Counted from the first letter of the stretch, positions 39,279 through 48,771 are shown. The stretch: 64,000 nucleotides of DNA from an uncultured Chloroflexia bacterium (GCA_963813535.1 CAWEZH010000002.1:1248001-1312000); one strand, 5' to 3'. The notes: a model not told the origin generated them from the sequence alone. Numbers and translations are program-made.

Positions 39279-40541
39279 ATGCGAACGGCGCTCGCCACCT
39301 CGTTGCTCGCGATCGTCGTCGTGGGCGCCTGTGCGAACCCCGTGCCGTCCCCCGCCACTCCCGGCGCCTCCGCGCCGGCCAGCTCCTCCGAGGCGGCAGC
39401 CCCGAGCAGCGCGGCGCCGTCCCCGACTACGGTGCCTTCGGGCGGACCGGCCGTCGGCGAGCCGCCCCGACTCTCGATCGAACCGGTCATCGACTCGCTG
39501 ACAACACCGGTCGACATCGCCTGGCGACCTGATGACCCGGACACGCTGTTCATCGTCGAACAGGTCGGCCGCATCCGCATCTTCCGCGACGGCCGACTCA
39601 TCGAGCGGCCGTTCCTCGACATCGGCGGGCTGGTCCGCGCCGGCGGGGAGCAGGGGCTGCTCGGCCTGGCATTCCTTCCGAGCGGCGAGGCAGGTCGCTT
39701 CTTCGTCTACTACACCGACGCCGAAAACCAACAGGTCGTCGCTTCGTACGACACCGATCCGGATGATCCGGACGTGGCCGCGCCGAGCACGGCCACGATC
39801 TGGCTTCGCATGGCGGATCGCTTCGGCAACCACAACGGTGGTTCGCTGGCGTTCGGGCCGGATGGCTACCTCTATATCGGGACGGGCGATGGTGGCGGTG
39901 CGGGCGACCCGCTCGACTCCGGTCGGCACCTCGATACGCTGCTCGCCAAGGTCCTCCGGATCGACGTGGCCGGTGCTCCCTCAGACGGCGATCCGCGCTA
40001 TGGCATCCCGCCGGACAATCCGTTCGCCACGACCGCCGGTGCGCGCCCCGAGATCTGGTTGACCGGCCTGCGCAACCCGTGGCGGATCCGGTTCGATCGC
40101 GCGAACGGCGACCTGTGGATCGGCGACGTCGGGCAAGGCGATCGCGAGGAGATCGACGTCGCGCGGACCGGGGTCGGTGGCCTCGACTACGGATGGAACC
40201 TCATGGAAGGCACCGCCTGCTTCCGCTCGGCCGACTGCGATACGACGGGCCTTACCCTGCCGGTCACGGAGTACGACCACGACCTGGGTTGCTCCGTCAC
40301 CGGCGGGACCGTGTACCGCGGCGCGGGCGATCCCACGCTCCGAGGCTGGTACATCTTCTCGGACTACTGCTCGGGCGAGTTCTGGGCCATCGATGCCGCG
40401 CGTGACACGACCGAGCAGCCGGCGATCGTCGCCGAGACCGATCTGTCGATCAGTGCGATCGCCGAGGATGCCGCGGGGGGGCTCTACGCAACCGACCTGT
40501 CGACCGGCCAGCTGCTCAGGATCACTGCCCGCGGCGGTTGA
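39279..40541 (+). CDS. PQQ-dependent sugar dehydrogenase (GSDH family) lipoprotein
   Basis: Lipobox, EQGLLGLAF, NHNGG..FGPDGYLYIGTGDGG, GLRNPWR. Confidence 0.93.
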   Translation: MRTALATSLLAIVVVGACANPVPSPATPGASAPASSSEAAAPSSAAPSPTTVPSGGPAVGEPPRLSIEPVIDSLTTPVDIAWRPDDPDTLFIVEQVGRIRIFRDGRLIERPFLDIGGLVRAGGEQGLLGLAFLPSGEAGRFFVYYTDAENQQVVASYDTDPDDPDVAAPSTATIWLRMADRFGNHNGGSLAFGPDGYLYIGTGDGGGAGDPLDSGRHLDTLLAKVLRIDVAGAPSDGDPRYGIPPDNPFATTAGARPEIWLTGLRNPWRIRFDRANGDLWIGDVGQGDREEIDVARTGVGGLDYGWNLMEGTACFRSADCDTTGLTLPVTEYDHDLGCSVTGGTVYRGAGDPTLRGWYIFSDYCSGEFWAIDAARDTTEQPAIVAETDLSISAIAEDAAGGLYATDLSTGQLLRITARGG

Positions 40542-40547
40542 TCCGCG

Positions 40548-41195
40548 CTAACTGGCGCGGTAGGTCACGGTCACCGTGACGGCGACTTCGAGCATGCCGG
40601 CCTCGACCGGGGTGGCCACGTCGGCGGCCATGGCCATCCGCTCGGCTTTCGGAAAGGGTCCGGGCGGGCGGGGTGGTCCACCTTCCAGGATGTCGGTCAC
40701 GCCCTGGATCGTCAGGCCCGCAGCCTCGGCGAGGACGTCGGCACGGGCGCGCGCCTCGCCCATCGCCGCGACCCTGGCTTCCCGCTCCGGGAGCGCCGGG
40801 TCCGAGACTCGGAACGTGAGGCCGTCCATGCTCGTCGCCCCGGCCGCCAGTGCGGCGTCGACCACGGCCCCGAGCGTCGCAAGATCACGAACCGTGACCT
40901 CGACGACGTTCGCGACCTCGTAGCCGGTCAGCGTCGGGGCACGACCGTCGCGGTAGTCGTAGCGCGGTTGCACGGAGAGGAGCGAGGTCCGTACATCGGG
41001 GTGGGCGACACCGGCGCCTTCGACCGCGGAGAGGATGGCGTCCATCTGCACGCCGGCCTGGGCACGGGCTGCTTCGACCGAGGGCTTGGCGACGGTGACG
41101 CCCAAGCGCAGGTCGGCGACGTCGGGCTGCACCGCGATGCGACCTGTGCCGCTTACGACGATCGTGCCGGCGGCCGACGTCTTCGTCTCGGGCAT
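40548..41195 (-). CDS. SIMPL (DUF541) domain protein
   Basis: IVVSGTGRIAVQPD, VQPRYDY, ARARADVLA; GGAGG RBS. Confidence 0.9.
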   Translation of the reverse strand: MPETKTSAAGTIVVSGTGRIAVQPDVADLRLGVTVAKPSVEAARAQAGVQMDAILSAVEGAGVAHPDVRTSLLSVQPRYDYRDGRAPTLTGYEVANVVEVTVRDLATLGAVVDAALAAGATSMDGLTFRVSDPALPEREARVAAMGEARARADVLAEAAGLTIQGVTDILEGGPPRPPGPFPKAERMAMAADVATPVEAGMLEVAVTVTVTYRAS

Positions 41196-41357
41196 GGATA
41201 CAGGCCTCCTTGCGGGACGGGCCCACGATGGTAGCGGTAGACCGAGATCGATGGTCCTGAGGTGGTGCGTGGACGCGCCACGAGCGAGCGCGTGCCATGC
41301 GCCACCGGAGCCCCGGTCGGACCCGCCTGCCTTTCCCGTCTCGGGCCCGCGCGTCAT

Positions 41358-41374
41358 TGTCACGGCGTTGCAAT
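41358..41374 (+). promoter_or_regulatory. Direct-repeat box TGTCAC-ggcgt-TGCAAT
   Basis: Upstream of the GAF-PAS kinase. Confidence 0.65.
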
Positions 41375-41518
41375 CCCGCCTCGAGGGGACGCCACGGCGT
41401 CGCAATCCCATCGGTAGTGCACTCGCGGTTCCGGACATGAAGCCAGGGCAGGCTGCGTGCTGGTCTCCGCGCGATACCCCGCGCACCCGTCATCCGCCCC
41501 TGATCCAGACGAGGTGCC

Positions 41519-43579
41519 GTGACCGCTCTACCGCCGATCACCCAAGAGACGGATGACGGCCGCCGCGCGCCGACGACCGACATCCCCACGCGCGGTGACA
41601 CGCTCCTCGACAAGGACGACGTGGCGCTTGCCACGTTCCTGGCCGATGCCGGCCGGATCCTCGGATCCTCGCTCGACAGTGCGGCGACGCTGCGACAGAT
41701 CGCCGACCTGATCGTCCCCGGCGTCGCCGATTGGTGCGCCATCGACATGCTCGATGCGGAGGGTCGGCTGATCCCTCTCGCGCTCGCCCACCGCGACCCG
41801 GAACGGGTCCGTCTCGTGGAGGAGCTTCGCACGAGGTATCCAGCCGACCCGGACGCCGATGTCGGAACGTACGCGGTCGCCCGCACCGGCCAGGCCATGG
41901 TCATCCCCATCATCGACGAGGCGACGATCGCAACCTCCGCCCGCGACGACGGCCACCAGGAGTTGCTCCGTCGGTTGCAGCTCCACTCGTGGATGTGCGC
42001 TCCGATGACGGTCGCCGGGAGGGTGCTGGGCACGATCGGATTCGCCGCTGCCGAAAGTGGTCGCACGTTCGAGGCACGACATGTCGCGTTCGCAGTCGAC
42101 CTTGCAGCGCGGGCTGGTGCCGCCATCGAGAATGCCCGCGCATTCCAGACGGCCGACCGTTTCCGCCAGATCCTCGACGCGGTCGCCGAGGCCGTCTTCG
42201 TCCTCGAGCCAGCGACCGAGATCATCCAGGGCACGAATCACGGCGCCAGCGTCCTGCTCGGGCGGTCCGCCCGCGAGCTCGCCGGCCACCGCCTCTCGGA
42301 CCTTGTCGAGGAGGGCGAGGACGGCCTGTCGCGGATCATCCGCGCCGTCAGGGAGGGTCGTTCGGAGGCGCGCACGATCCCGCTCCACTTCCTGCGCGAC
42401 GGAGCGCCATCTGTGCCGGCGGAGGTCCTGCTCCAACGAGTCGACCTGCCCGGCGAGCCACCCACGACCGTCGCGATCGCCCGCGACGTCCGCGAGCGAC
42501 AGGAGGCGCAGGGCCGGCTTAGGCGACTCGCGGAGGCCGAGCACGCTCGGGCGGCGGAGCTCAACGCGGTCATCCGGGCCATGGGCGATGGCGTCATCGT
42601 GTGCGGGCCGGACGGCAAGACCATCCTCGCCAACCCGGCCGGCCAGGCCATGTTCCCGGGTGGAGCCGAGACGAGCTATGCCAGCATCCTGTCCCGGCTG
42701 CACGATCCGGACGGCGATGCTCCCCCGCTGGGCACTCGCGCCGGGCCGGTGGTCCTCCGGACTCTCGCGGAGCCGGAGCGTTGGATCGAGGTCGCGACAT
42801 ACCCCGTCGCCGACAGGACCAACGACGGCGAGCCTGGCGGCGAGACGATCCTCGTCCTCCGCGACGTGACCGAGCAGCGGCAACGAGAGGCCGTCCGAGA
42901 GACGTTCATCGGTGTGTTGTCGCACGAACTGCGAACGCCGGTCACCACGATCTTCGGCGGCGCGCGCGTCCTCGCGCGTGAGGACAGCGGCCTGGATGAG
43001 GCGACACGACGCGAGATCCTCGTCGACGTGGCCGAGGAGGCCGAGCGGCTCAAGCGACTCGTCGAAGATGTCGTCGCGCTGAACCGCTTCGGCGAGAGCG
43101 ACGGGGACCTCGGGCGAGAACCGGTCCTGCTCCAGCGCATCGTGCCGAGCGTCGTCGCCTCGGAGGAGGAGCGCTGGCCGGGCGTCTCCTTCACGCTCGA
43201 GATGGTCCCCGGCCTGCCCACCGTGGTCGCCGACCCGACGTACCTCGAGCAGGTGATCCGGAACCTGCTCGCCAACGCTGCGAAGTACGGCGGTCCCGGC
43301 GCGGCGGTGGAGGTCGTGGTCGAATACGACCGGGTCGTCGACGAGGTCGCGGTATGCGTTCGCGACGATGGGCCGGGCATCGAGTTGCAGGAGGCCGAGC
43401 GGCTCTTCGAACTGTTCTACCGCTCTCCGAATACCGCGACCGCCACGACCGGCGCCGGGATCGGCCTGTTCGTCTGTGCGCGGCTGGTCCGCGCCATGGG
43501 CGGGCGTGTCTGGGCGAGGCCGCTGCCCGCGGGTGGCGCCGAGTTCGCCTTCGCGCTCCGCGTGATGCCCGACGACTGA
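41519..43579 (+). CDS. Orphan soluble GAF-PAS-PAS histidine kinase
   Basis: VPGVADWCAID (GAF), SHELRTP, NLLANAAKY, DDGPGI, GAGIGL. Confidence 0.95.
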   Translation: MTALPPITQETDDGRRAPTTDIPTRGDTLLDKDDVALATFLADAGRILGSSLDSAATLRQIADLIVPGVADWCAIDMLDAEGRLIPLALAHRDPERVRLVEELRTRYPADPDADVGTYAVARTGQAMVIPIIDEATIATSARDDGHQELLRRLQLHSWMCAPMTVAGRVLGTIGFAAAESGRTFEARHVAFAVDLAARAGAAIENARAFQTADRFRQILDAVAEAVFVLEPATEIIQGTNHGASVLLGRSARELAGHRLSDLVEEGEDGLSRIIRAVREGRSEARTIPLHFLRDGAPSVPAEVLLQRVDLPGEPPTTVAIARDVRERQEAQGRLRRLAEAEHARAAELNAVIRAMGDGVIVCGPDGKTILANPAGQAMFPGGAETSYASILSRLHDPDGDAPPLGTRAGPVVLRTLAEPERWIEVATYPVADRTNDGEPGGETILVLRDVTEQRQREAVRETFIGVLSHELRTPVTTIFGGARVLAREDSGLDEATRREILVDVAEEAERLKRLVEDVVALNRFGESDGDLGREPVLLQRIVPSVVASEEERWPGVSFTLEMVPGLPTVVADPTYLEQVIRNLLANAAKYGGPGAAVEVVVEYDRVVDEVAVCVRDDGPGIELQEAERLFELFYRSPNTATATTGAGIGLFVCARLVRAMGGRVWARPLPAGGAEFAFALRVMPDD

Positions 43580-43582
43580 CGC

Positions 43583-44557
43583 CTAGAGCCAGTGGCGCCA
43601 GCGGGCGACGCCGATGATCCCCACGGCGAGGCCCACCATGCCACCGATCACCAGCAGGAAGTTCGAGGGCTCGTCGAAGAACCCGAGCTTGAAGTTCATG
43701 CCCATGATCCCGGCCAGGACGACCGCGGGCAGCAGGACGGCCGACAGGAGCGTCAGCGTCCGCATCACGTCGTTCGCGCGCTGGGACACCCGACCCATGT
43801 GGATGTCGAACGTCCCGAGGAGGCGGTCGCGCAGTCCCTCGACGGAGGACATCGCGGCCTCGAGACGGTCGACCAGCCCGGGCCACGGCTTGCCGATCGC
43901 ATCGTCGATGCCGATCCTCGGCAGACCGAGCGTCGAGAAGGCGTCGCGATGGGGAGCGAGCGTCCGGCGCACCTCCCCGATCCGAAGGCGTAGCGCGACG
44001 ATGGCCGTCAGGATGTCGTCGCCGTGCCGCCCGTGGAGTGCACGCTCGTCAAGCTCGTCGATCTCTCGCTCGATCTGCTCCACCAAGAGGAAATAGCCGA
44101 CAAGCACTTCGTCCACGAGGGCCGACACCAGGTCGCCCGCAGCGAGGTGGCCGAGGGCGGTCTCGCCGTCGAGGCCGTCGCGGAAGCGCTTGAGGGCCTC
44201 GACGTGCCCCTCGTGGACGGTCACCACCACGTCCTTCCCGGCCAGCAGGTCGATCTCGCGACGGACCAGTCGACCGGGATCCTTCTCGTCAGGCTCCATG
44301 GCCTGGAGCGTGATGTGGAGCAGGTCGGCGGTCCGGGTCAGGCGCGCGCGCCCTTCATCCGTGGTCAGTCGCTCCATGTCCGCTTCGCGCAGGCCGAGCA
44401 ACTCGACCGTATCCACGAGCTCCCTTTCCTCCTCGCGGCTGTCGATGTCGACCCACAGCAGCCGTTTCGGGCCGAGCGAGCGGACGATCTCTTCGGTCAG
44501 CTCGACCCGGCGATCGCGTGCATCCGCGTCGAAAAGGCGGGCGCTGACGCTGCTCAG
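43583..44557 (-). CDS. corA: CorA family divalent cation transporter, probable CTG start
   Basis: GMNF signature between two TM helices; LLWVDI segment upstream of GTG 44416; CTG overlaps the upstream stop (CTGA). Confidence 0.88.
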   Translation of the reverse strand: MSSVSARLFDADARDRRVELTEEIVRSLGPKRLLWVDIDSREEERELVDTVELLGLREADMERLTTDEGRARLTRTADLLHITLQAMEPDEKDPGRLVRREIDLLAGKDVVVTVHEGHVEALKRFRDGLDGETALGHLAAGDLVSALVDEVLVGYFLLVEQIEREIDELDERALHGRHGDDILTAIVALRLRIGEVRRTLAPHRDAFSTLGLPRIGIDDAIGKPWPGLVDRLEAAMSSVEGLRDRLLGTFDIHMGRVSQRANDVMRTLTLLSAVLLPAVVLAGIMGMNFKLGFFDEPSNFLLVIGGMVGLAVGIIGVARWRHWL

Positions 44558-44691
44558 CGTACGAAGCTCAGCAGGCCGGCAGCGACGACGGCGACGACGG
44601 CGACCAGGTACTGCAGCGCGAGCATCGTCCGGTCATGGGGTGGATCGACGTCCCATGAGCCGGTCGGCGTGGCGGCGGGATCGAACAGCAT
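44554..44691 (-). CDS. Small single-TM protein coupled to corA
   Basis: MLFDPAATPTGSWDVDPPHDRTMLALQYLVAVVAVVAAGLLSFVR; alternative start at 44625. Confidence 0.6.
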   Translation of the reverse strand: MLFDPAATPTGSWDVDPPHDRTMLALQYLVAVVAVVAAGLLSFVR

Positions 44692-44776
44692 CGATGTAGG
44701 GCCCTCATGCGTCCGTGGTCGACGGCATCGTGCTGGTCGCCGCCATGCGACGAGGGCAGTTAGCGGAGCGTAGCGC

Positions 44777-44793
44777 ATCGCGTCCGCATGACA
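44777..44793 (-). promoter_or_regulatory. Direct-repeat box TGTCAT-gcgga-CGCGAT
   Basis: CACGAT 50 bp downstream of the second half-site. Confidence 0.55.
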
Positions 44794-44854
44794 ACGCCGC
44801 AGTCGTGGCGCGTGCGGGCACCACCCCGCCGCTTCGTGTCCGCATCACTCGGAA

Positions 44855-44920
44855 TGCGAGCAGCCTGCAACGTCACTCGGCATCGCGCTGGCATCCCCGA
44901 CGCGTGCTTCCCCGTACGGT
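44855..44920 (+). promoter_or_regulatory. Direct-repeat box TGCGAG-cagcc-TGCAAC plus -10 TACGGT
   Basis: Second half-site at 44866; TACGGT at 44915 (49 bp). Confidence 0.65.
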
Positions 44921-44993
44921 CGGAACGGCCCACGGATGGCCGACCGGTGACGGCCTCATATCGGTCGCGCCTGGAACCCCAGGAGGTATACCC

Positions 44994-45155
44994 ATGCTTA
45001 AGCGACTTCTTCTTTTGGTGGCCCTAGGGGCTGCCCTCGCGGCCTGCTCGCCGTCCGGTAGCGCGAGCTCGCCGGGAACGGAGACCATCGCGCCGGTCGA
45101 GTCCGGCGTGCCGTCGGCCAGCGAGATGCCGAGCGAGTCCGCCTCGCCGTCCTGA
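44994..45155 (+). CDS. Small Ser/Pro-rich lipoprotein
   Basis: AGGAGG RBS; MLKRLLLLVALGAALAAC lipobox. Confidence 0.8.
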   Translation: MLKRLLLLVALGAALAACSPSGSASSPGTETIAPVESGVPSASEMPSESASPS

Positions 45156-45170
45156 TCGACCACAGCTACC

Positions 45171-45207
45171 GACGCCGGGCCCCGCAGTGGGGTCCGGCGT
45201 CTTCGTG
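45171..45207 (+). terminator. Intrinsic terminator
   Basis: GACGCCGGGCCCC-gcagt-GGGGTCCGGCGTC followed by TTCGTG. Confidence 0.7.
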
Positions 45208-45378
45208 TCCGGATCCCCGCGACCACGAAGTCACGCGGCGGATTCATGCCGTTGTTACGCGCCGGCCCCCGTCCGTTGTCCGAAGACTTCGTGACGACGA
45301 CGACAGTGGCGCCGAACCCCGAACGGGTCATAACCCCAGCAAGCGGGTGAGACGCCCGCAAGGGGAAGGAGGTAGATC

Positions 45379-45660
45379 GTGAGCATCATCGCGTGGATCG
45401 TGCTCGGTGCAATCGCCGGGTACTTGGCCGGTTTTCTCGTCAAGGGTGACGAGGGGCTTGGGATCATCGGGCACATCGTGCTCGGGATCGTCGGCGCGCT
45501 CATCGGCGGGTTCGTCGCCGGGGCACTGTTCAACAGCGATCCCATCAACGGGGCGCTCGACATCAGCTCCATCGTCGTCGCGACGATCGGTGCCGTCGCC
45601 ACGGTCGTGGTCGTGAGTGCCGTGATGGGCCGGAGCCGCGTGGGTCGCGGGCCCATCTGA
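45379..45660 (+). CDS. GlsB/YeaQ/YmgE stress response membrane protein
   Basis: IIAWIVLGAIAGYLA..IVLGIVGALIGG..ATIGAV. Confidence 0.92.
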   Translation: MSIIAWIVLGAIAGYLAGFLVKGDEGLGIIGHIVLGIVGALIGGFVAGALFNSDPINGALDISSIVVATIGAVATVVVVSAVMGRSRVGRGPI

Positions 45661-45696
45661 GCCCCCAGTCCGGGCCACCGCCCGGACGCCTGAATG

Positions 45697-45732
45697 ACGG
45701 AGCCCACCTCGCCAGGTGGGCTCCGTTGCTTT
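45697..45732 (+). terminator. Hairpin with short T tract
   Basis: ACGGAGCCCACCT-cgcc-AGGTGGGCTCCGT-TGCTTT. Confidence 0.7.
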
Positions 45733-45762
45733 CACCATCAACGCACAGGAAGGAATCACCAG

Positions 45763-46239
45763 ATGTCGAGGATCGTCGAATCCATCGATGTGGACGTCCC
45801 CGTCCGCATGTCGTACGCCCAGTGGACGCAGTTCGAGGAGTTCCCGCGCTTCATGGAGGGCGTGAAGGAGGTCCGCCAGGTCGACGACACGACGATCGAG
45901 TGGACTGCTGAGATCAAGAGCATCGAACGATCGTGGAAGGCTGAGATCACCGAGCAGGAGCCGGACACCGTCATCGCATGGCGCTCCACGAGCGGCGCCA
46001 CGAACGACGGGCGAGTCACGTTCGAGCCGCTGGGCGAGAACCGGACGAGAGTCACCCTGCAGCTCGACGTCGAGCCCGATGATCCGATCGAGAAGGCCGG
46101 GGACGCGCTGGGCTTCGTCGAGCGCCAGGTGGAGGGAGATCTGCGCCGGTTCAAGGAGTTCATCGAAGCGCGAGGAACGCCGACCGGCGGCTGGCGGGGC
46201 GAGGTCGGGGGCGGCCAGAAGGTTGGGAGCAGCCGCTGA
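45763..46239 (+). CDS. SRPBCC (cyclase/dehydrase) family protein
   Basis: YAQWTQFEEFPRFMEGV, AEITEQ, DLRRFKEFIE..TGGWRG. Confidence 0.93.
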   Translation: MSRIVESIDVDVPVRMSYAQWTQFEEFPRFMEGVKEVRQVDDTTIEWTAEIKSIERSWKAEITEQEPDTVIAWRSTSGATNDGRVTFEPLGENRTRVTLQLDVEPDDPIEKAGDALGFVERQVEGDLRRFKEFIEARGTPTGGWRGEVGGGQKVGSSR

Positions 46240-46371
46240 GCCGCGAGGCCCATGCAAGGGCCAGCAGGCCGAGTGCACGGACGACCGTGACGTGAATGGG
46301 CCCACGCTGCTCATGTGGCTCCTGTACCACTGGGGGTCCGGGAGCCACATCTACGCTATGAGGACGACCCG

Positions 46372-46674
46372 ATGATGGACGCACCCGCCATCGAGCAGAC
46401 ACCAGGGACGCACCGCGCGCTCTTCGCGTGGTTCTCGAGTCCGCGCGTCGCGGTCCGGACCGCCGTCCGCCTCGGCGAGACGGTGCCTGGGGCCCGTGTC
46501 TGCATCCGACCGTCCGAGGATCACGGAGCTGAAGGGCCGGTCGTAGCGCTGAGCGCCCAGATCCCGTGGTCGTTGTCGACCATGGTGACCCGCCAGCTCA
46601 GCGGTCTCGGCGTCGCCGTCCTGTGGGATGCCGACGACATCGTTGACGAGCCGACTCTCCGAGCGGCCGTATGA
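46372..46674 (+). CDS. Hypothetical protein
   Basis: GAGG RBS; 100 aa; preceded by a hairpin at 46313-46350. Confidence 0.5.
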   Translation: MMDAPAIEQTPGTHRALFAWFSSPRVAVRTAVRLGETVPGARVCIRPSEDHGAEGPVVALSAQIPWSLSTMVTRQLSGLGVAVLWDADDIVDEPTLRAAV

Positions 46675-46680
46675 CCGCCT

Positions 46681-46746
46681 TGTCATGCGTCTGTAATGTC
46701 GCGAGCCTGCGACATGGCGGCAACGGGACACGCGCTGGCCTACGGT
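46681..46746 (+). promoter_or_regulatory. Direct-repeat box TGTCAT-gcgtc-TGTAAT plus -10 TACGGT
   Basis: Second half-site at 46692; TACGGT at 46741 (49 bp). Confidence 0.7.
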
Positions 46747-46752
46747 CAGCCG

Positions 46753-46851
46753 AACAGAAAGATCACCACAAGGCGGGCGCTTGTGACGGGGCGCACCTCC
46801 TTTAGCACGGACGGTTCGGGTCCCCTCCCCGGGCCGTCCGTCGCCTTTTCT
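46753..46851 (+). ncRNA. Candidate sRNA with anti-Shine-Dalgarno sequence
   Basis: Promoter, hairpin 46767-46785, CACCTCCTTT at 46794-46803, terminator stem 46807-46841 then CTTTTCT. Confidence 0.5.
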
Positions 46852-46885
46852 GCGTCAGATACCAGCACACACGAGAGGTCATGAC

Positions 46886-47239
46886 ATGAGCGCGACGACA
46901 TCCGGCCGCGGGAACTCCGCGGCGACAGACAACGATCCGAAGGAACGCCTGGCATCGACTGCCCGCCAGGCCGCCGATACGGTCGGCGGTGTGGCCGGTG
47001 AGGTCGCCGCTCGCCTGCCCGAGGCGGCCACGACGACACGGGACGCGCTCGAAGAAGCGAATCGCCGGGTCCGAGCGGGGTCTGACGAGACGCTCAAGCT
47101 CGTGGGCGCCGCGTCACTGGCATTCGCCACAGGCCTGCTCTTCGGCGGCGCCAATCGACTGCTGGTGATCGCCGCCCTCGTGCCTGCCGCGCTGGTCGGC
47201 TCGGAGTACGCCCAGCGCCAGACGTCGACCACCAAGTAG
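46886..47239 (+). CDS. Hypothetical membrane-anchored protein
   Basis: GAGG RBS; helical N-terminus and C-terminal TM segments. Confidence 0.7.
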   Translation: MSATTSGRGNSAATDNDPKERLASTARQAADTVGGVAGEVAARLPEAATTTRDALEEANRRVRAGSDETLKLVGAASLAFATGLLFGGANRLLVIAALVPAALVGSEYAQRQTSTTK

Positions 47240-47379
47240 CGGTCACGTCCACGGCTTCGTCGCGCGGCGCAACGGCACTGATAGCAGCCGGCCGCCGCGA
47301 TGGGACATCCCGCAACACGCCCGGCCGTAAGTTCGACCCGACCCGCGACCTGCGGGGGCGCGAAGGAGGTATCGAGCTG

Positions 47380-47583
47380 ATGGATGACGTGAAGCGCACC
47401 GCGCGTGAAGCGGAGAACGAGGCGAAGGAACAGGCTCGCCGAGCCGATGGCGATGAGAGCCTGGCCGACAAGGCCGCCAACGTTGGTGACGACGTCCGCA
47501 CAGGCCTTGGCAATGCCGGCGACAAGATCGACGAAGAGGTCGATCGCGCCAAGTTCCGCCAGGAGCACGGCGACGACGTCTGA
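47380..47583 (+). CDS. CsbD-like small acidic stress protein
   Basis: AAGGAGG RBS; hydrophilic ADKAANVGDD..NAGDKI. Confidence 0.75.
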   Translation: MDDVKRTAREAENEAKEQARRADGDESLADKAANVGDDVRTGLGNAGDKIDEEVDRAKFRQEHGDDV

Positions 47584-47606
47584 TCGCCGACCCTGACCTC
47601 GAGATA

Positions 47607-47639
47607 GACGAAGCCCCGGCTCGCGGCCGGGGCTTCGTC
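47607..47639. terminator. Hairpin between convergent genes
   Basis: GACGAAGCCCCGGC-tcgcg-GCCGGGGCTTCGTC. Confidence 0.8.
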
Positions 47640-47661
47640 GCGTTTGACGACCGAAACCCCT

Positions 47662-48771
47662 TCACCTCGCCTTGCGTCGGCGGCTCGAACCTGCGGCCGT
47701 CCGTGCTCGCTGGCGGAGCAACCGCACGACCGCCATCTCTTCCGTCCGGTCAGCCTCGGTGGGCGGCGCCTGCTGCTGCTCGGCCGCGTCGACGAGGGCG
47801 CCACCGAGGCTCCCATCCAGATACGCATCGAGCACGGCGGGGTGGACGTAGCTGCCGCGAGCGACCGCCGGGGTGTTCCCGAGCTTCTCCGCCGTCAGCC
47901 GCATCGCCTCGACCACGTTCCGACGCGCTGCGGGCCCATGGTCCTCCGGCTGGAGGGCCCGAAGTGCGCGATAGGCGAGCAGCGTGCCGGCCCACGTTCG
48001 GAAGTCCTTGGCCGTGAAGTCGCCACCCGACGCCTCGCGCAGGTACTCGTTCACGTCGTCCGACGTGACGTCACGGAGCTCACCGTCCTCGTCCACGTAC
48101 TGGAAGAGGTCCTGCCCGGGCAGATCCTGGCAGCGGCGGACGATCGTCGCCAGGCGTCGGTCACGCAGCCCGACCTCGTGCATGGTCCCGCCCTTGCCCC
48201 GGAACCGGAAGCGCACGCTCGACCCGCGGACCTTGGCGTGTCGGTCGCGCATCGTCGTGAGGCCGAAGGATCTGTTGAGGCGTGCATATTCGTCGTTCCC
48301 GACCCGGATCAGCGTCAGTTCGAGCAGTCGGACGACAGTGGCAAGCACCTTCGCGCGCGACAGACCACGGCGAGCGAGGTCCCGCTCGCACCGACGGCGG
48401 ATGTGGGGCAACGCCTTGGCGAAGGCGATCATCCGCGCGAAGTTGTCGGTGCCGCGCTCGGCATGCCAGCGCGAGTGGTAGCGGTACTGCTTGCGCCCTC
48501 GTGCGTCGCGACCGGTCGCCTGCAGGTGCCCGTTGGGCCACGGGCAGATCCAGACGTCCGTCCACGCGGGTGGGATGACGATCGTGCGGATCCGCTCGAG
48601 GACGTCCGGATCGCGGATGGTTGCGCCGTCCGTGTCGCGGTACGTGAAGCCACGTCCGGCGCGGCGGCGGGTGAAGCCTGGGCGGCTGTCGGTCGAGTAG
48701 CGCAGGCCGCTGGCGCGTGCGACCTCACGCGGATCGGGGCGGCTGGCTGCAGTCGTCGGTGCGTCGGTCAT
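47662..48771 (-). CDS. DNA topoisomerase IB
   Basis: IPPAWTDVWIC, GRKQYRY, IRVGN, FRGKGG, AKDFRTW, GNTPAVARGSYVHP. Confidence 0.96.
   Translation of the reverse strand: MTDAPTTAASRPDPREVARASGLRYSTDSRPGFTRRRAGRGFTYRDTDGATIRDPDVLERIRTIVIPPAWTDVWICPWPNGHLQATGRDARGRKQYRYHSRWHAERGTDNFARMIAFAKALPHIRRRCERDLARRGLSRAKVLATVVRLLELTLIRVGNDEYARLNRSFGLTTMRDRHAKVRGSSVRFRFRGKGGTMHEVGLRDRRLATIVRRCQDLPGQDLFQYVDEDGELRDVTSDDVNEYLREASGGDFTAKDFRTWAGTLLAYRALRALQPEDHGPAARRNVVEAMRLTAEKLGNTPAVARGSYVHPAVLDAYLDGSLGGALVDAAEQQQAPPTEADRTEEMAVVRLLRQRARTAAGSSRRRKAR

Noticed and set aside
46761-46803. GATCACC / CACCTCCTTT as a 16S rRNA remnant
   Set aside because: No other 16S-like sequence upstream.
47662-48771. Topoisomerase IB as the integrase for the msrA array
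   Set aside because: Motifs are those of a canonical bacterial TopIB, it is over 40 kb away, and nothing in the sequence links the two.
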